Positions 41,619 through 52,735 of a stretch of DNA of 64,000 nucleotides are shown here, in pieces. The notes under the pieces are model-generated. The model worked only from the letters and a program-made list of their open reading frames with translations. It did no database searches and was not told where the DNA came from. Both the position numbers and the translations under genes were made by a program. This DNA comes from Paramoeba atlantica. Lineage: Eukaryota > Protista > Discosea. Each line of letters starts with the position of its first letter. Within the stretch, counting starts at the first letter, position 1. Location of the stretch: NCBI GenBank assembly GCA_977017575.1, contig CDRNVI010000029.1, positions 248,001-312,000 of the forward strand, in the 5' to 3' direction.

Positions 41619-42920
41619 ATGGAAAAATTACCAGGAACGTCATCGTGGCGCCCGATTTTTGATTGGTGTCGCAAAACATTGCGTTGCCACCCGCGGTACG
41701 AGATGAGAAATTCGATCGGATTGCCCAACACTCTGGTTGACCCTTTTCAACTGAATTCAGCCACCATTCGAGTCTTGCGAGAGACCAAATCTATGATACA
41801 AAGACTTGGAGGCTATTGCTTGCCATCTCCACTTTCAAAGACTTCCACAAACCGCTTTTCAGACCACGCGCAACATGCTCAGCTGCCGGTGAACTATACC
41901 ACTATATGCTCCTGGAACTGCTTACAAGATTTGCAGTCATTTCGCAAAGCAGTTGGCATTGACCTGCCGGTCGATTACACTACGGAGGAGCTTGCAGCCA
42001 CACATGTGACAGATCTGCATGCTCAATGCGCAGCAAGTGGTCTTGCTCCGGGGGCTTTTATAGGGACTATGAATTCAATCCCTTACCAATATGGATCTCA
42101 GGGCACATGGGACGGTATATCGCATGTTTTACTGCCCGGAGTTTCCCGAGAAAGATTGGCTCGTTCAAAAATAGTATTTCTTGCTTGTGACGGTGTTCTT
42201 TTTTCCGAAAAAGCAAGAAATTTTATTAAACATATTTCTCATCAGCACACAGGCAAACTTAGACTTCCTTCGAAAATTTGTTCTCTTCCGCATCGATTGC
42301 TTGAACATTTAATATGTTCTCCAAGATATAGCAGCAAAAGCTTGCTGTTAAAAAACGTTTATTACAATCATGCACTTTACGAATGGCAAAAATACGATCC
42401 TGACATACATTTTGTGATGATTGATCATCTGCAATGGTTTGATGCTGAATGCTTCCGGGACTTACTTTTGTACCCTCTTCGTGTTGTTGGCTCCGTTGGA
42501 CATGGCGCTCGGCTTCGCGGAGTCCTGGCATGGCTAAAGCAAGTCATGGGTGCTCATCTCGGAATAGAAAATGTCAAGTTTATTATTTTAGATGCCGTCG
42601 AAGCACCATACTTTAAGCATAGATTGTCCTCATTTAATGATAACAGAATTCGTGAACGGGAGGGTATTTGCCTTCCCCGACCCTTATTTACGGTTAAAGG
42701 GGGGTCTTTTTTGGTGAAAAACCTGGAGCCGGTGCAACGGCTTTTAGAAAATTCTCGGTATTCTACCTCCCTTGAAACGGTTTTGGAACAAAACGATATT
42801 CAGGAGAACTGTAAATCGTTTTGGAAAAGTACTAATTATGATTTGGAAGTGGAGCCAGACAAACCCCCGGAGCACTTCAGAATCCTTACAAACCGTAAGA
42901 CCCAGGCTAAAAATATGTAG
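41619..42920 (+). CDS. Hypothetical 433-aa protein
   Basis: Long ORF on the gene strand; no confident family. Confidence 0.75.
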   Translation: MEKLPGTSSWRPIFDWCRKTLRCHPRYEMRNSIGLPNTLVDPFQLNSATIRVLRETKSMIQRLGGYCLPSPLSKTSTNRFSDHAQHAQLPVNYTTICSWNCLQDLQSFRKAVGIDLPVDYTTEELAATHVTDLHAQCAASGLAPGAFIGTMNSIPYQYGSQGTWDGISHVLLPGVSRERLARSKIVFLACDGVLFSEKARNFIKHISHQHTGKLRLPSKICSLPHRLLEHLICSPRYSSKSLLLKNVYYNHALYEWQKYDPDIHFVMIDHLQWFDAECFRDLLLYPLRVVGSVGHGARLRGVLAWLKQVMGAHLGIENVKFIILDAVEAPYFKHRLSSFNDNRIREREGICLPRPLFTVKGGSFLVKNLEPVQRLLENSRYSTSLETVLEQNDIQENCKSFWKSTNYDLEVEPDKPPEHFRILTNRKTQAKNM

Positions 42921-43277
42921 CATGTTCTACGGGAAAGCAGAAACGGAATGACTGAAGGAATCATCCTTTGTTGCAACTGTAAACTTTATTTTCTTAAATA
43001 GATGTGACATTATGTAGTATATAACTTGCCGTGTTATATTTTCCCATTTTTTGTGAAACAGATGAAGAGAATTCACTCAGACTTTTTCTTTCGTCGCAAA
43101 TACAATACATTCGTTGTATAATATAGCTTTTTATTTTTCACTTTCTTAGCTTGCCAATTCACATTCTTTTATGTTTTTTCCAGACGTGAAGTTTATCTCA
43201 ACGTCACATTAGGTATAATTTCTTCAAGGGAGGTTTCATACTGTCATTACTAAATCAGTGTCCCACTTACCATATTA

Positions 43278-43920
43278 CTCCCCTCCCTATCCTAGCGTTG
43301 CCCCGGTACCCCCCCTCCTAGCGTTGCTTTTGAGGATAACTAATCCTGCCGCGAAGCGGCAGATTTTTTTTTTCGTTCTTTTTTTTCCGAGTTTTATATT
43401 CATGAAGACATTTTTTTATCGATTTTAATAATTTATCAATCCCATGCTATTACTGTCATTAGCCATTAGTCTCACTATATTACCATCTTAGAATCGTCAT
43501 CGACATGTCTAGAGATTCACTTGAAAATCGTGGCCCGATGAGCAAGTACATTATTCGAAATCTCCCATTGCCAAGAATCGGAGGCGTTGCAAGTGAGATT
43601 ACTTCTACTACAATCCCAGCAACGGTACCCTTTTCCACTGAGGCGCTAGGATGCAAACCCTCAAAAATACTGACCATGCAAGAAAAACTCGTCGTTTGCA
43701 GATCTTCACTATCTACGAAGGAATTGAGCGAGAAATATGGCACTTCCACACAAAGCATTAGAAAAATAAAAGAAGTGGGTGAAAAGGAATATCAGGCGCG
43801 TGTCAACCGGGATGGCAAGAACCGAAAGCGAGATTATTGGGCCCCTGGTTTTTACCCCCCCCCCCCTCCTAGCGTTGCTTTTCACCAAAACCAGGCAACG
43901 CTAGGATAGGGGGGGGGGAG
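43278..43920 (+). mobile_element. pogo/Tigger-like internally deleted element (643 bp), TA TSD
   Basis: TA|CTCCCCTCCCTATCCTAGCGTTGCC ... GGCAACGCTAGGATAGGGGGGGGGGAG|TA. CCTAGCGTTG occurs four times (3 direct, 1 inverted). Confidence 0.9.
43505..43909 (+). pseudogene. Truncated pogo-type transposase, CENP-B/Psq-like HTH only
   Basis: KILTMQEKLVVCRSSLSTKELSEKYGTSTQSIRKIK fits the LT..EK......S...LA..YG.S..TI..I HTH pattern. The ORF runs into the right TIR and has no DDD domain. Confidence 0.65.
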
Positions 43921-44165
43921 TACGAAGGTATAGGTACAGGGGTTTCAGTTGATCCCCTCACGGAAACAGGGGTTCTACAGGGATTTTTTTACGAAGTGAT
44001 CAACATTAGATTTATTCAATATTCACGTTATTAACTTTTTCATTTACCTTAGAATACTTTAACCACAGTATTCTTTTCCGCATATTGTTTTTTCTTGCTG
44101 GAGCTCGCATCTTTTGATTTTATCGTTTCATCGCCTTCCTTTCACCGCCCAACTTCAAAACAAAA

Positions 44166-45806
44166 ATGCTCACCTGTGGAATATGTTTTGAAATTATGAA
44201 AGACCCTGTCGTGCTGCTCTGCGGCGACGCCTTTTGCGCAACGTGTCTGAGAGGTCACATGGAGCGTCACGCAGGCCCGGAGGGCGCGCTTTGCTTCATG
44301 TGTCACAAAGTCTCCCCCGGAGTTACCGTACAAACCGTCTCACGGTACCGTAGCCCTGAATTAGCCGCGCGTATCCGTGAGCTGCTGGGCACTGATTCTT
44401 CCGAGGCAGCAACGTGCGAGTGGTGCGAGGAGAAGCCCCCGACGCAGTACTGTGCCCTGTGTAACTACGCCCTGTGTGCGGAGTGCACTGTCGCGGTACA
44501 TAAGAATAGTGCGAAGCGCAACCACAGCACGTTCTCCCTACAGGATGGACGGAAGCCTACAGGGTCCGCAGGGGGGTGTCACAAATGTAACCAGAAAGGT
44601 CATGAGGAGTACCGCGCGGAATTCTTTTGTGTACAATGTCAAACCACTGTTTGTGTGTATTGCCTACAAGTGGGTCATCACCGAGGCCATGAGAATATCT
44701 CCGTAGCGGATGCCGCGGCGGATGTGCGTCAGCAGCTATCTCGTCAAGTTGAGGAAGTGATTCAAATCAAGAACTCAATTGATGCCGCGGGTAAAGAGCT
44801 CAATCGTGTCACTTACCATTATGAAGATACGTATGATCATGTTGAACAAGCTCTAACAGAGCGCTTTGCGTACTACCAGCAACAGTTGCTGCGAAAAGAA
44901 TCTGAAGTGCGCGAGGTGTTACAGGGACTGCGTTCACAAGGAGACCGCGTTATCGCAGAATGTAGAAAAGAAACATTGCTACAGATGGATAAATTGAATG
45001 AAACTATTGCGCGCGGAAGGCATTTTCAGAGTTCCGCAAGCGACACGGATGTGATTGAAAATCGTGTTGCGTTAAACACATTTCAAAACTTGGAAGCACC
45101 TTGCATCCAAGGTGGTGGCTTCCATTTTAAGGATCCTGGAGAGTTGAATCTTGGCGATGTAGGAGTCAGTCTTGACATATCTGAAATAGAAAGTGCTAAC
45201 ACAGTTCCGAAATCTTTAAGGGCCCCCGTATCCGCCAAATCAGTATCTTCCGACCCAATGCGCCGTGAAGCAGGTGCAGGACGCACGCCAATATACACTG
45301 AGAAACCTTCGCATACGTCGGCTGCGTTGCCTAAAGCGAAACTTAGTTTTCCCGAGGATCGTGAAGTAAAAATACACAATTTACCCGAAGGTCAACAGTT
45401 CGTTTGTTCCGAAACGTTATCGACACCCCAAATTGGAATGAGAGCGAAAGAATCTTTCATGGAAGGTGTGCACTCATGGAGTGTTCGTATTACCCGTGAG
45501 TTTAAAGGTGGAATTGGGCTGGTGTGCCTTGGGGGAACTTCTGAGGCTCAAACAGGGGAAGCATTAGTATGGCGCCCGGCAAAGCAGCTTGTGGAGGGTC
45601 GGTTGGGTGTCCCTACTGAATTAAGTCGCCGACATCCAATTCCTCGATCGGGTGATACATTGCACTTTACATTCGATAGTGAAAGGCGCGTGCTAAAAGT
45701 GGCTCATAACGATACCCCGCGTGGGGTGCTTGTGGAACATGTCCCCGGGTGGGTTGCTCCGTGTCTGATTTTTACGTCTGGAGATAGTGTCACTGTACTG
45801 AACTGA
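44166..45806 (+). CDS. TRIM/RBCC-like protein: RING, two B-boxes, coiled coil, SPRY-like C-terminus
   Basis: CGIC..CGDAFCATC..CFMC; CEWC..YCALC..LCAEC..VH; FFCVQC..VCVYC...HHRGH; GVHSWSVRI...GDTLHFTFDSERRVL. Confidence 0.8.
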   Translation: MLTCGICFEIMKDPVVLLCGDAFCATCLRGHMERHAGPEGALCFMCHKVSPGVTVQTVSRYRSPELAARIRELLGTDSSEAATCEWCEEKPPTQYCALCNYALCAECTVAVHKNSAKRNHSTFSLQDGRKPTGSAGGCHKCNQKGHEEYRAEFFCVQCQTTVCVYCLQVGHHRGHENISVADAAADVRQQLSRQVEEVIQIKNSIDAAGKELNRVTYHYEDTYDHVEQALTERFAYYQQQLLRKESEVREVLQGLRSQGDRVIAECRKETLLQMDKLNETIARGRHFQSSASDTDVIENRVALNTFQNLEAPCIQGGGFHFKDPGELNLGDVGVSLDISEIESANTVPKSLRAPVSAKSVSSDPMRREAGAGRTPIYTEKPSHTSAALPKAKLSFPEDREVKIHNLPEGQQFVCSETLSTPQIGMRAKESFMEGVHSWSVRITREFKGGIGLVCLGGTSEAQTGEALVWRPAKQLVEGRLGVPTELSRRHPIPRSGDTLHFTFDSERRVLKVAHNDTPRGVLVEHVPGWVAPCLIFTSGDSVTVLN

Positions 45807-46142
45807 TAAGTACCGGGACGCAGGTCATAAAAGCCATAAAAGTGGGAGAACGAAAACAGGTGCAGTTAAATTGTGTGGTAATTATGCATTTCAGTTCTGA
45901 ATGTACATGCTACAGAGCATGAAGAGAATGAACTGGGGTACGAGCCCAAGCACTGGATAATAAGCAAACAACATGTATGCTCATGTATGTAGTTGATCAT
46001 TCGTAGTGATTCAAGGAAAAGAACGAATACTACCCTTATTGTCATGATTTCTTTGATCGCTGTAAAGATAAGAATTTTGTTCATTGACTAAGAATATTGT
46101 GTATCAGTACATGTGTACGATTACCTTTTTTATACCTTTCTG

Positions 46143-49100
46143 ATGCATATAAAAACCATCGCTATAGCAGGTTTTAAGTCCTATCGCGAGCAAATCTTTG
46201 AAACGCCCTTCAGCGCAAAACACAATGTTGTAGTAGGCAAGAATGGGAGTGGAAAATCGAATTTTTTCAATGCGATTCTCTTTGTTCTTTCAGAAAAATA
46301 TTCTTCTTTGAGGCAAAGTGAAAGGAAAGACCTTTTGCATGCCACTGCAGGTTCTCCTTCACTAAGTGCGTATGTGGAAATCACGTTCGACAATTCGGAT
46401 GGCCGACTTGTCATTCCTGGCATGGCGGAGGAAAAAGAGATACGCATTCGACGAACTGTAGGTATACAAAAGGATGAATTTCGTGTAAATGATAAGGCAA
46501 TATCGGCTCAAGATGTAAGACAACTCCTTGAAAGTGCTGGTTTTTCCTCTGCAAATCCCTACTACGTAGTAGAACAAGGTCGAATTGTTCGGCTAACCAA
46601 TATGGGTGATACAGAGAGATTGGAACTTCTGAAAGAGGTGGCAGGAACCAAGGTATACGAAGATCGTCGCATTGAATCTATGCACATCCTTGAGGAAGCC
46701 AAAGAAAAGAGAGAAAAAATAGATGAAACTATCCTAAAAGTCGAATCGCGGCTAAAGGAGGTTGAATCCGAAAGAGATGAATGGAGAACCTTTCAAGCGT
46801 TGGAGCAGAGGAGAAAAGCACTGGAGTATAGCTTATATGCCAAGGAAAGCAAAAAAGTGGACCTTGAGCTTGAGGATCTTGAAAACAGCAAACGCGACTT
46901 AACAACTTCCCATGATGCTCAATTAGAAAAAACTAAAGAGCTGCAGAAACAAATGCAGGAAGCAGAAAGAGAAGTTTCGAAAGCATCACGTGCGTTAACT
47001 GCCCTTGACGAAGAAAAACTGTCTCTTGAAACTGAGCGATTGAAGTTAGTTAAGCTCCTTGCTGAACTGCAATTGTCTTCAAAGCATGCAACAAACACGG
47101 TTTCTGCCTCAGATTCTGAACTCGCAACTTTGAAGCGAGAACTCAAAAGCACCGCAGTTTCTATCGAAAAAACTAAAAAGGAACTTGATGCCAAGTCGAA
47201 GATACTGGAAAATCATATGTCACATACCGGAAAAGAAGAAGGCAGCTTAATTCAACGTGAATCCCGTTTATTTCAACTTCAAACGAAGAGAGGACGACAA
47301 AGGCTATTCCATTCTAAGACAGAACGCGACAAATGGCTACATGACGAGATTCTCAAAACTGAAAAGTTACTTAAAGAGCATGAAAAAGAATTCAAATCGC
47401 TTCTGGAAGAAGAAAAACGACTAGAAACTGAATTAAGTGAGGAAATGGGTCTTGTTGAGAAACAGAAGACATCAATAGAAAAACAAGAGACAATCGCATC
47501 GAAAACGGAAACATTGGCACTGGAAGCCATTAAAAGTCGAGATTCTTTTCACAACGAGCGAAGGATCCTTTTTCAAAAAATTCACGATGCGGAGAAGAAA
47601 CTACGTGCGCAACGAGACGATCAAGAGAGAGCCCAGCATCTGCTGAATAAAACGTTTTCAAGTCACGAAATTCGTCAAGGCTTGGCTAGTATGCAGGAGT
47701 CCTTGAATGAAATTGGTGAGAAGAAGCTCAAGTCATCCGTTCACGGCTCCGTTATGGAGCTTTTTTTATGCGATCAGCGTTTCTATACTGCCGTTGAGAC
47801 AACTGGGGGGAATGCTCTGCTGAGCGTCGTCGTTGATACATTCGAAGATGGTGCAAAAATTCTTGCGCACATGAACAAACACAATAAACCTGGACGTGTC
47901 ACGTTTCTTCCACTAGATACTTGCCGAGGAAAAAAGAAGGATCTGCCACACACAAGTGACGTGGTTCCTCTCATAGACCAACTTCGATTCAAAGAAAAGC
48001 ACCAGGTAATCTTTGCGGAGCTATTTGGTCGCACGGCGTTAGCTTCATCCTTGGATTCTGCTGCTACAGCCTCCAAGCAATACAATTGTGACGCAGTGAC
48101 TTTAGATGGAGACCAAGTCAATAGAAAAGGAGGTATCCAAGGAGGATATCGGGTCACGACGTCCAGGTTGCAAGCCCATGCAGACTTAATCAGCTTAAAA
48201 GCGGACTGTGAGCGCAGCACTTCCACTCTCCACGAACTTCGTCAGAGTTTAGCCACTCTTGAAAAGAAAATCGCGTCACAACTACACGACTCAGAAGCCG
48301 CCTCAGAGAAAAGTGAGACTATGGTTGAAGAAATAAGAAATGCTCACCGTGAAAAACGTCGGGTGTATGAACATATTACCCGTAATCAACAACAACTACT
48401 CCGTACAAGAGAAGCAATTGGTACAACTAACAGTTCATTAGCAGACGTGAAGGGGAAAGTTATTACCTTTCGAGCTGAGTTAAAGGAAGATTTTCAATCC
48501 CGCATGGGTGATGACGACGAGAAGGAGCTTGACCAACTCATGAGTCAAGTTAGTGAACAAAAGAAGCAAGTGTCCAATGAAAAGCAAAAAACTGCTACAC
48601 TTTCAACAGAGGTACAAGTGTTAGAAGATACGTTAAATTCTTTGCGCAAACAATTGGATTCGGTACAGGACCGAAGTACGTGTTTACAGCATACCTCAGA
48701 GCGAACCAAGAATCATCGGATCAACTCAGAGCTCGGTTCCGTCGAAGTGGAGGTACGTGATATTACAAACCGAATTGTCAATGTTGAGAATGAAATCGCA
48801 GATCTTACTAAAAGGAAACAGGAAAATGAAAAGATATTTCAAGAAAAAAATTCCAACGAATTACAATACACTCGCGAAATGCAATCCGGAGGCGAAGATT
48901 TCGATAAATATATTACCAAGAAGGCTTTACTAGGCCAACAATTTGATGAGCTGAAGTTCAAGTTGGAACGAGTAGGTGTCATTCCGAGCAACCTATCAGA
49001 GTATGATGCAATGAGCGAAACAACTATTAGAACCGAGCTTAAGAAGTGTTCCGAAAAGTTACGATCCTTTACCCACGTTAATCGCAAAGCATTGGAGCAG

Positions 49101-49751
49101 TATACTCAATTGGAAGAAAATTTTAACGAGCTAGTAGAAAAACGAGCTGTTACTGAAAGAGAGCTTACTTCAATCCGAGAAATGATGCTTAAACTTGATG
49201 CACAGAAGGACGAGACTATTGAGCGAACGGTGAAGCAAGTGCAGTTTCAGTTTGAGAAGGTCTTTTTGGAACTTGTAACAGCAAAAGGAGCATCAGCTGA
49301 ATTACAACTGTTGCGATCAAAGGAATCACCAGGTAAAACTGGTGTGGAAGGATACTCTGGTATTCGCATTCGTATAAGCTTTGGACTCGGCACACCGGTG
49401 TCAGAATTAGCGCAACTTTCCGGAGGACAAAAGTCTCTCGTTGCTTTGTCTCTTATATTCGCGATTCAGAGGTGTGATCCGGCTCCGTTCTATTTATTCG
49501 ATGAAATTGATGCTGCCTTGGACGAGGCATACCGTAGCAGCGTCGCGCAAATGATCAAGCGGCAATGCGAGGGCGCTCAATTCATTACGGCTACATTCAA
49601 ACAGGAGATGCTTGACGTGGCTGATAAGGTTTATGGCATCGTTTTTCGCAATCGCGTGAGCAGAATCCAAGAAATTACTCACGAAGAGGGGTCGGCGCTT
49701 TTACGCAAGGCAGCGCAGGAACGGCAGGACAGCACTAAAGAGAAGACGTAA
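46143..49751 (+). CDS. SMC3: Cohesin subunit SMC3
   Basis: MHIKTIAIAGFKSY, GKNGSGKSNFF, FSSANPYYVVEQG, hinge GRVTFLPL, LSGGQKSLVALSLIFAIQRCDPAPFYLFDEIDAALD. Confidence 0.97.
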   Translation: MHIKTIAIAGFKSYREQIFETPFSAKHNVVVGKNGSGKSNFFNAILFVLSEKYSSLRQSERKDLLHATAGSPSLSAYVEITFDNSDGRLVIPGMAEEKEIRIRRTVGIQKDEFRVNDKAISAQDVRQLLESAGFSSANPYYVVEQGRIVRLTNMGDTERLELLKEVAGTKVYEDRRIESMHILEEAKEKREKIDETILKVESRLKEVESERDEWRTFQALEQRRKALEYSLYAKESKKVDLELEDLENSKRDLTTSHDAQLEKTKELQKQMQEAEREVSKASRALTALDEEKLSLETERLKLVKLLAELQLSSKHATNTVSASDSELATLKRELKSTAVSIEKTKKELDAKSKILENHMSHTGKEEGSLIQRESRLFQLQTKRGRQRLFHSKTERDKWLHDEILKTEKLLKEHEKEFKSLLEEEKRLETELSEEMGLVEKQKTSIEKQETIASKTETLALEAIKSRDSFHNERRILFQKIHDAEKKLRAQRDDQERAQHLLNKTFSSHEIRQGLASMQESLNEIGEKKLKSSVHGSVMELFLCDQRFYTAVETTGGNALLSVVVDTFEDGAKILAHMNKHNKPGRVTFLPLDTCRGKKKDLPHTSDVVPLIDQLRFKEKHQVIFAELFGRTALASSLDSAATASKQYNCDAVTLDGDQVNRKGGIQGGYRVTTSRLQAHADLISLKADCERSTSTLHELRQSLATLEKKIASQLHDSEAASEKSETMVEEIRNAHREKRRVYEHITRNQQQLLRTREAIGTTNSSLADVKGKVITFRAELKEDFQSRMGDDDEKELDQLMSQVSEQKKQVSNEKQKTATLSTEVQVLEDTLNSLRKQLDSVQDRSTCLQHTSERTKNHRINSELGSVEVEVRDITNRIVNVENEIADLTKRKQENEKIFQEKNSNELQYTREMQSGGEDFDKYITKKALLGQQFDELKFKLERVGVIPSNLSEYDAMSETTIRTELKKCSEKLRSFTHVNRKALEQYTQLEENFNELVEKRAVTERELTSIREMMLKLDAQKDETIERTVKQVQFQFEKVFLELVTAKGASAELQLLRSKESPGKTGVEGYSGIRIRISFGLGTPVSELAQLSGGQKSLVALSLIFAIQRCDPAPFYLFDEIDAALDEAYRSSVAQMIKRQCEGAQFITATFKQEMLDVADKVYGIVFRNRVSRIQEITHEEGSALLRKAAQERQDSTKEKT

Positions 49752-50305
49752 AGACCGCTTCTTCAATTGCGCGAATAGCAAATTTTGGACTTTTAGTCGA
49801 GCAAAATTTATAGTCAGGATTTACTATTATTATCTTTTCAGACATCAATATTGCTTTGTACCTTTGTACGATTCGTACGATATCGTACCCTTGTACGATT
49901 CGTGTGTCGTTATTAAATATAGTGATAACATGCGCTGTATATGTATGTGTTGGGATGGGTTGCCTGCATACGCGTTCACGTTATGTATAAAGTGCACATA
50001 CATTTCTAAGACCTTTTGCTTTGCAATATAGGCTTCACGAATTCAAAATCAATGAACTTTAGATAATTCAATAGACAACAATGTTATCTCATTTTCCAAT
50101 GGCTTTATGTCAATCACTGCAAATGTTTTAGTAGTATCATTGGGTCAATTGGGATACCACAGAGTTCCGGCACAGTAAACATCTTCATTTGTTTTGTTTA
50201 ACCATTTGACATAATTGATTGTGTGCTTCTATGATTTGAGCACTATGCAGTGTTTTTCTCATTGTAATTTTACTTTCCTACAGTATTGGGCTACCATTTT
50301 TGAAC

Positions 50306-52621
50306 ATGTGCTGCGCAAAAAGAACCACCTCCGTTACTGTAGTGGAGTATCTGTTATTTGTTATCGCCTGCGTAATTTGCACTAATACCAAGCTTTATCC
50401 CGCTGCATACATTGACTCCCTAGATGTAGAATCCTTTGTACCCGATGACGGTAGCGACTTTCACGCTGGCACAGTGAACAAACGAAGCAGGCACCAGTCT
50501 AAGGTAAAGCTTATTGGTATTCACCTTAATGCTTCGGCACCTGATGATACAATTCAGACACCGGCAACATTGAGTACGGAGTTGAATCAAGTATTTGAAA
50601 ACGCAATTCGCCTTCTTTTTGCGAATACATCAACCTCAACATCTGTCCGGCTATGCGCATCAGCACATTGTGAGGAGCAAAGAATCGAAATCGGTGGCAC
50701 AGACTCCGTCATAAATGCTGCGCCACATGCAAGTATTCCCCCCCTTCGCGCGGACCAAGTGATTAACGCAATCGACCTTCTCCAAAAATGTGCAGATCAA
50801 GGCCACTCCACTGCCCAATTTCTCCTGGGAGTGGCCCACAGCTTTGGAATCGCCACTCCTCTTTCCCCAGCAAAAGCCGTAACCTACCACACCTTCTCCG
50901 CTCGCGACCACAACACCCTTGGGGCCCTAGCCATGGCTCTTCGTCACGACATTGGGCTCCACGTACCGCCAAGTTGCGTGTCCAGTCACCGGGAGTACCA
51001 CCGGGTGGCTCGTTCCCTTATCCACGGCCGCCCCTACCCCACCCCCCGGGCGGTCGTCCGGCAGCAGCGTCTCGGTCACCACCTCGAGGGCTACGCCACA
51101 AGTCTTCTGGGGCTCGACGGCACCGAGCTCCTCCCCTCCGCGACCGATGCCGACTTCCTGGCCTACCATCACCAGGCGGCGAAAAACGGGGAGGAGAAAT
51201 CCATGATGAGTCTGGGCCTGATTTATGTGTTTGGGCTGCACGGGGCCGCGCAGAATGGGGAGCGCGCGGTGACCTACTTTGCGCAGGCCGCCCAGGAGGA
51301 CTACACACCGGCGTATGGTGCGCTGGGTCAGGTTTATCTCTATGGCGTGGAGTCCGTATGTGGGGCTGTCGCACGAAATGCGACGCTCGCGAAACAGTAT
51401 TTCGTGCTGGGCGCGGAGGAAAAGGACCCCATGTCGCTCGCAGGGTTGGGATATTTAGAGCTTCATCCGGAGTTGTTTGGTGAAAGGCCAGAGGTGTCAC
51501 CAAATTTGAAAAATCATAGTTACGCTCGTCGAATGTTTTCAAAGGCGGCTGACCTTGGTAGCGCTGAGGCGATGTACAATCTTGCAATAATGCATTTGGA
51601 AGGGGCAGGGGGTTCCACACCACGACCTGAAAGGGCGATGGAATTGCTCTTACGAGCAACACAAAGAAAACACGCACCAGCAATGTATAAATTGGCGCAA
51701 TTGTCGGGTGCAAAGCCCGACCTTAGCCCTGGAGAATGTATCTTCTCGCGCGAATTGTTTAAGACGGTAGCCTCCCAACATGATGTGCTTGAAATGATGG
51801 AAGATGCTCATCAAGCATTTCTATGTGGTGATCACACTAGAGCCCTGTTGAGGTATCTTATCTTATCCGAATTAGGATACGATGTGGCCCATATGAATGC
51901 GGCGTACATTCTAGAGGATAGGATCAGTAATGCGGACTTGGGGATTCTTTTTAGTACACCCTTGCCCAGGGTTGAGCCTCTCGCTGGAGTAATAGAGAGG
52001 GATTCACATAATTCGAACGCTAAACAGCAGCAGCAAACGAACTATAGGCATACACTTTTACACATTCTTCTCCAAAGATCCGCAAAACAAGGAAATACCG
52101 CAGCTATTCTACGTCTTGGTGATTTGTACTTTCGTGGCGAAGGTTGCGAAACTAATTATAGAATCGCTGAAAATTTCTACGAGGAAGCTTCCCGCCATCA
52201 TAATGCCGAGGCTGCGTACAATCTCGGGTACATGCATCACTATGGCATCGGCACTACTCGAGATGCACACTTGGCTAAGAGATATTATAATTTGGCTGCG
52301 AATTATGATCCTGCCATGAAGTTTCCAATGTATTCAGTGGTAGCGTGGCTACACGTTGAAGAATGGTGGAAGCATCCGTGGGCAGGTTTTCCATCACTAG
52401 ATGAGCCTGCACACCTTCAGAACGTGTCTACAGTTTTTAATGCAGAATCAAACTTGTTATCTGATGAGGACAAACGCATCAAGAGTAAGGATTTGTTCTC
52501 ACAGTATTATGACACACTGATGAATTGTTTTGCCGTAGAGAACCTCGAAATTCTGGAAACAGCAACCCTTTATTTTCTGATCACAACACTTATGTTTTTG
52601 CTGTATGTAAAGTCAAGATAG
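50306..52621 (+). CDS. SEL1L: SEL1L/Hrd3 ERAD component (Sel1 repeats, signal peptide, C-terminal TM)
   Basis: Multiple Sel1 repeats (AQFLLGVAHSFG, AMYNLAIMHLEG, AAYNLGYMHHYGIG); ALLRYLILSELGYDVAHMNAAYILE. Confidence 0.85.
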   Translation: MCCAKRTTSVTVVEYLLFVIACVICTNTKLYPAAYIDSLDVESFVPDDGSDFHAGTVNKRSRHQSKVKLIGIHLNASAPDDTIQTPATLSTELNQVFENAIRLLFANTSTSTSVRLCASAHCEEQRIEIGGTDSVINAAPHASIPPLRADQVINAIDLLQKCADQGHSTAQFLLGVAHSFGIATPLSPAKAVTYHTFSARDHNTLGALAMALRHDIGLHVPPSCVSSHREYHRVARSLIHGRPYPTPRAVVRQQRLGHHLEGYATSLLGLDGTELLPSATDADFLAYHHQAAKNGEEKSMMSLGLIYVFGLHGAAQNGERAVTYFAQAAQEDYTPAYGALGQVYLYGVESVCGAVARNATLAKQYFVLGAEEKDPMSLAGLGYLELHPELFGERPEVSPNLKNHSYARRMFSKAADLGSAEAMYNLAIMHLEGAGGSTPRPERAMELLLRATQRKHAPAMYKLAQLSGAKPDLSPGECIFSRELFKTVASQHDVLEMMEDAHQAFLCGDHTRALLRYLILSELGYDVAHMNAAYILEDRISNADLGILFSTPLPRVEPLAGVIERDSHNSNAKQQQQTNYRHTLLHILLQRSAKQGNTAAILRLGDLYFRGEGCETNYRIAENFYEEASRHHNAEAAYNLGYMHHYGIGTTRDAHLAKRYYNLAANYDPAMKFPMYSVVAWLHVEEWWKHPWAGFPSLDEPAHLQNVSTVFNAESNLLSDEDKRIKSKDLFSQYYDTLMNCFAVENLEILETATLYFLITTLMFLLYVKSR

Positions 52622-52638
52622 CGATCTACCTATGAGGT

Positions 52639-52735
52639 ACGATTAGGTCCTAATCGTCGAATTTTTATCACTTCGAAAATGACGTTCTTGTAGCTTTTAT
52701 CGCATCCCCCCTATATCGTTATGATAACGATATAG
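52639..52735. other. Two perfect short inverted repeats with 1-nt loops
   Basis: ACGATTAGG-T-CCTAATCGT (52639-52657) and CTATATCGTTAT-G-ATAACGATATAG (52711-52735). Confidence 0.9.

Noticed and set aside
41619-42920. HAD-family phosphatase call from IVFLACDGVLF
   Set aside because: The nucleophilic first Asp of DxDGV is absent and the other HAD motifs are not convincingly placed.
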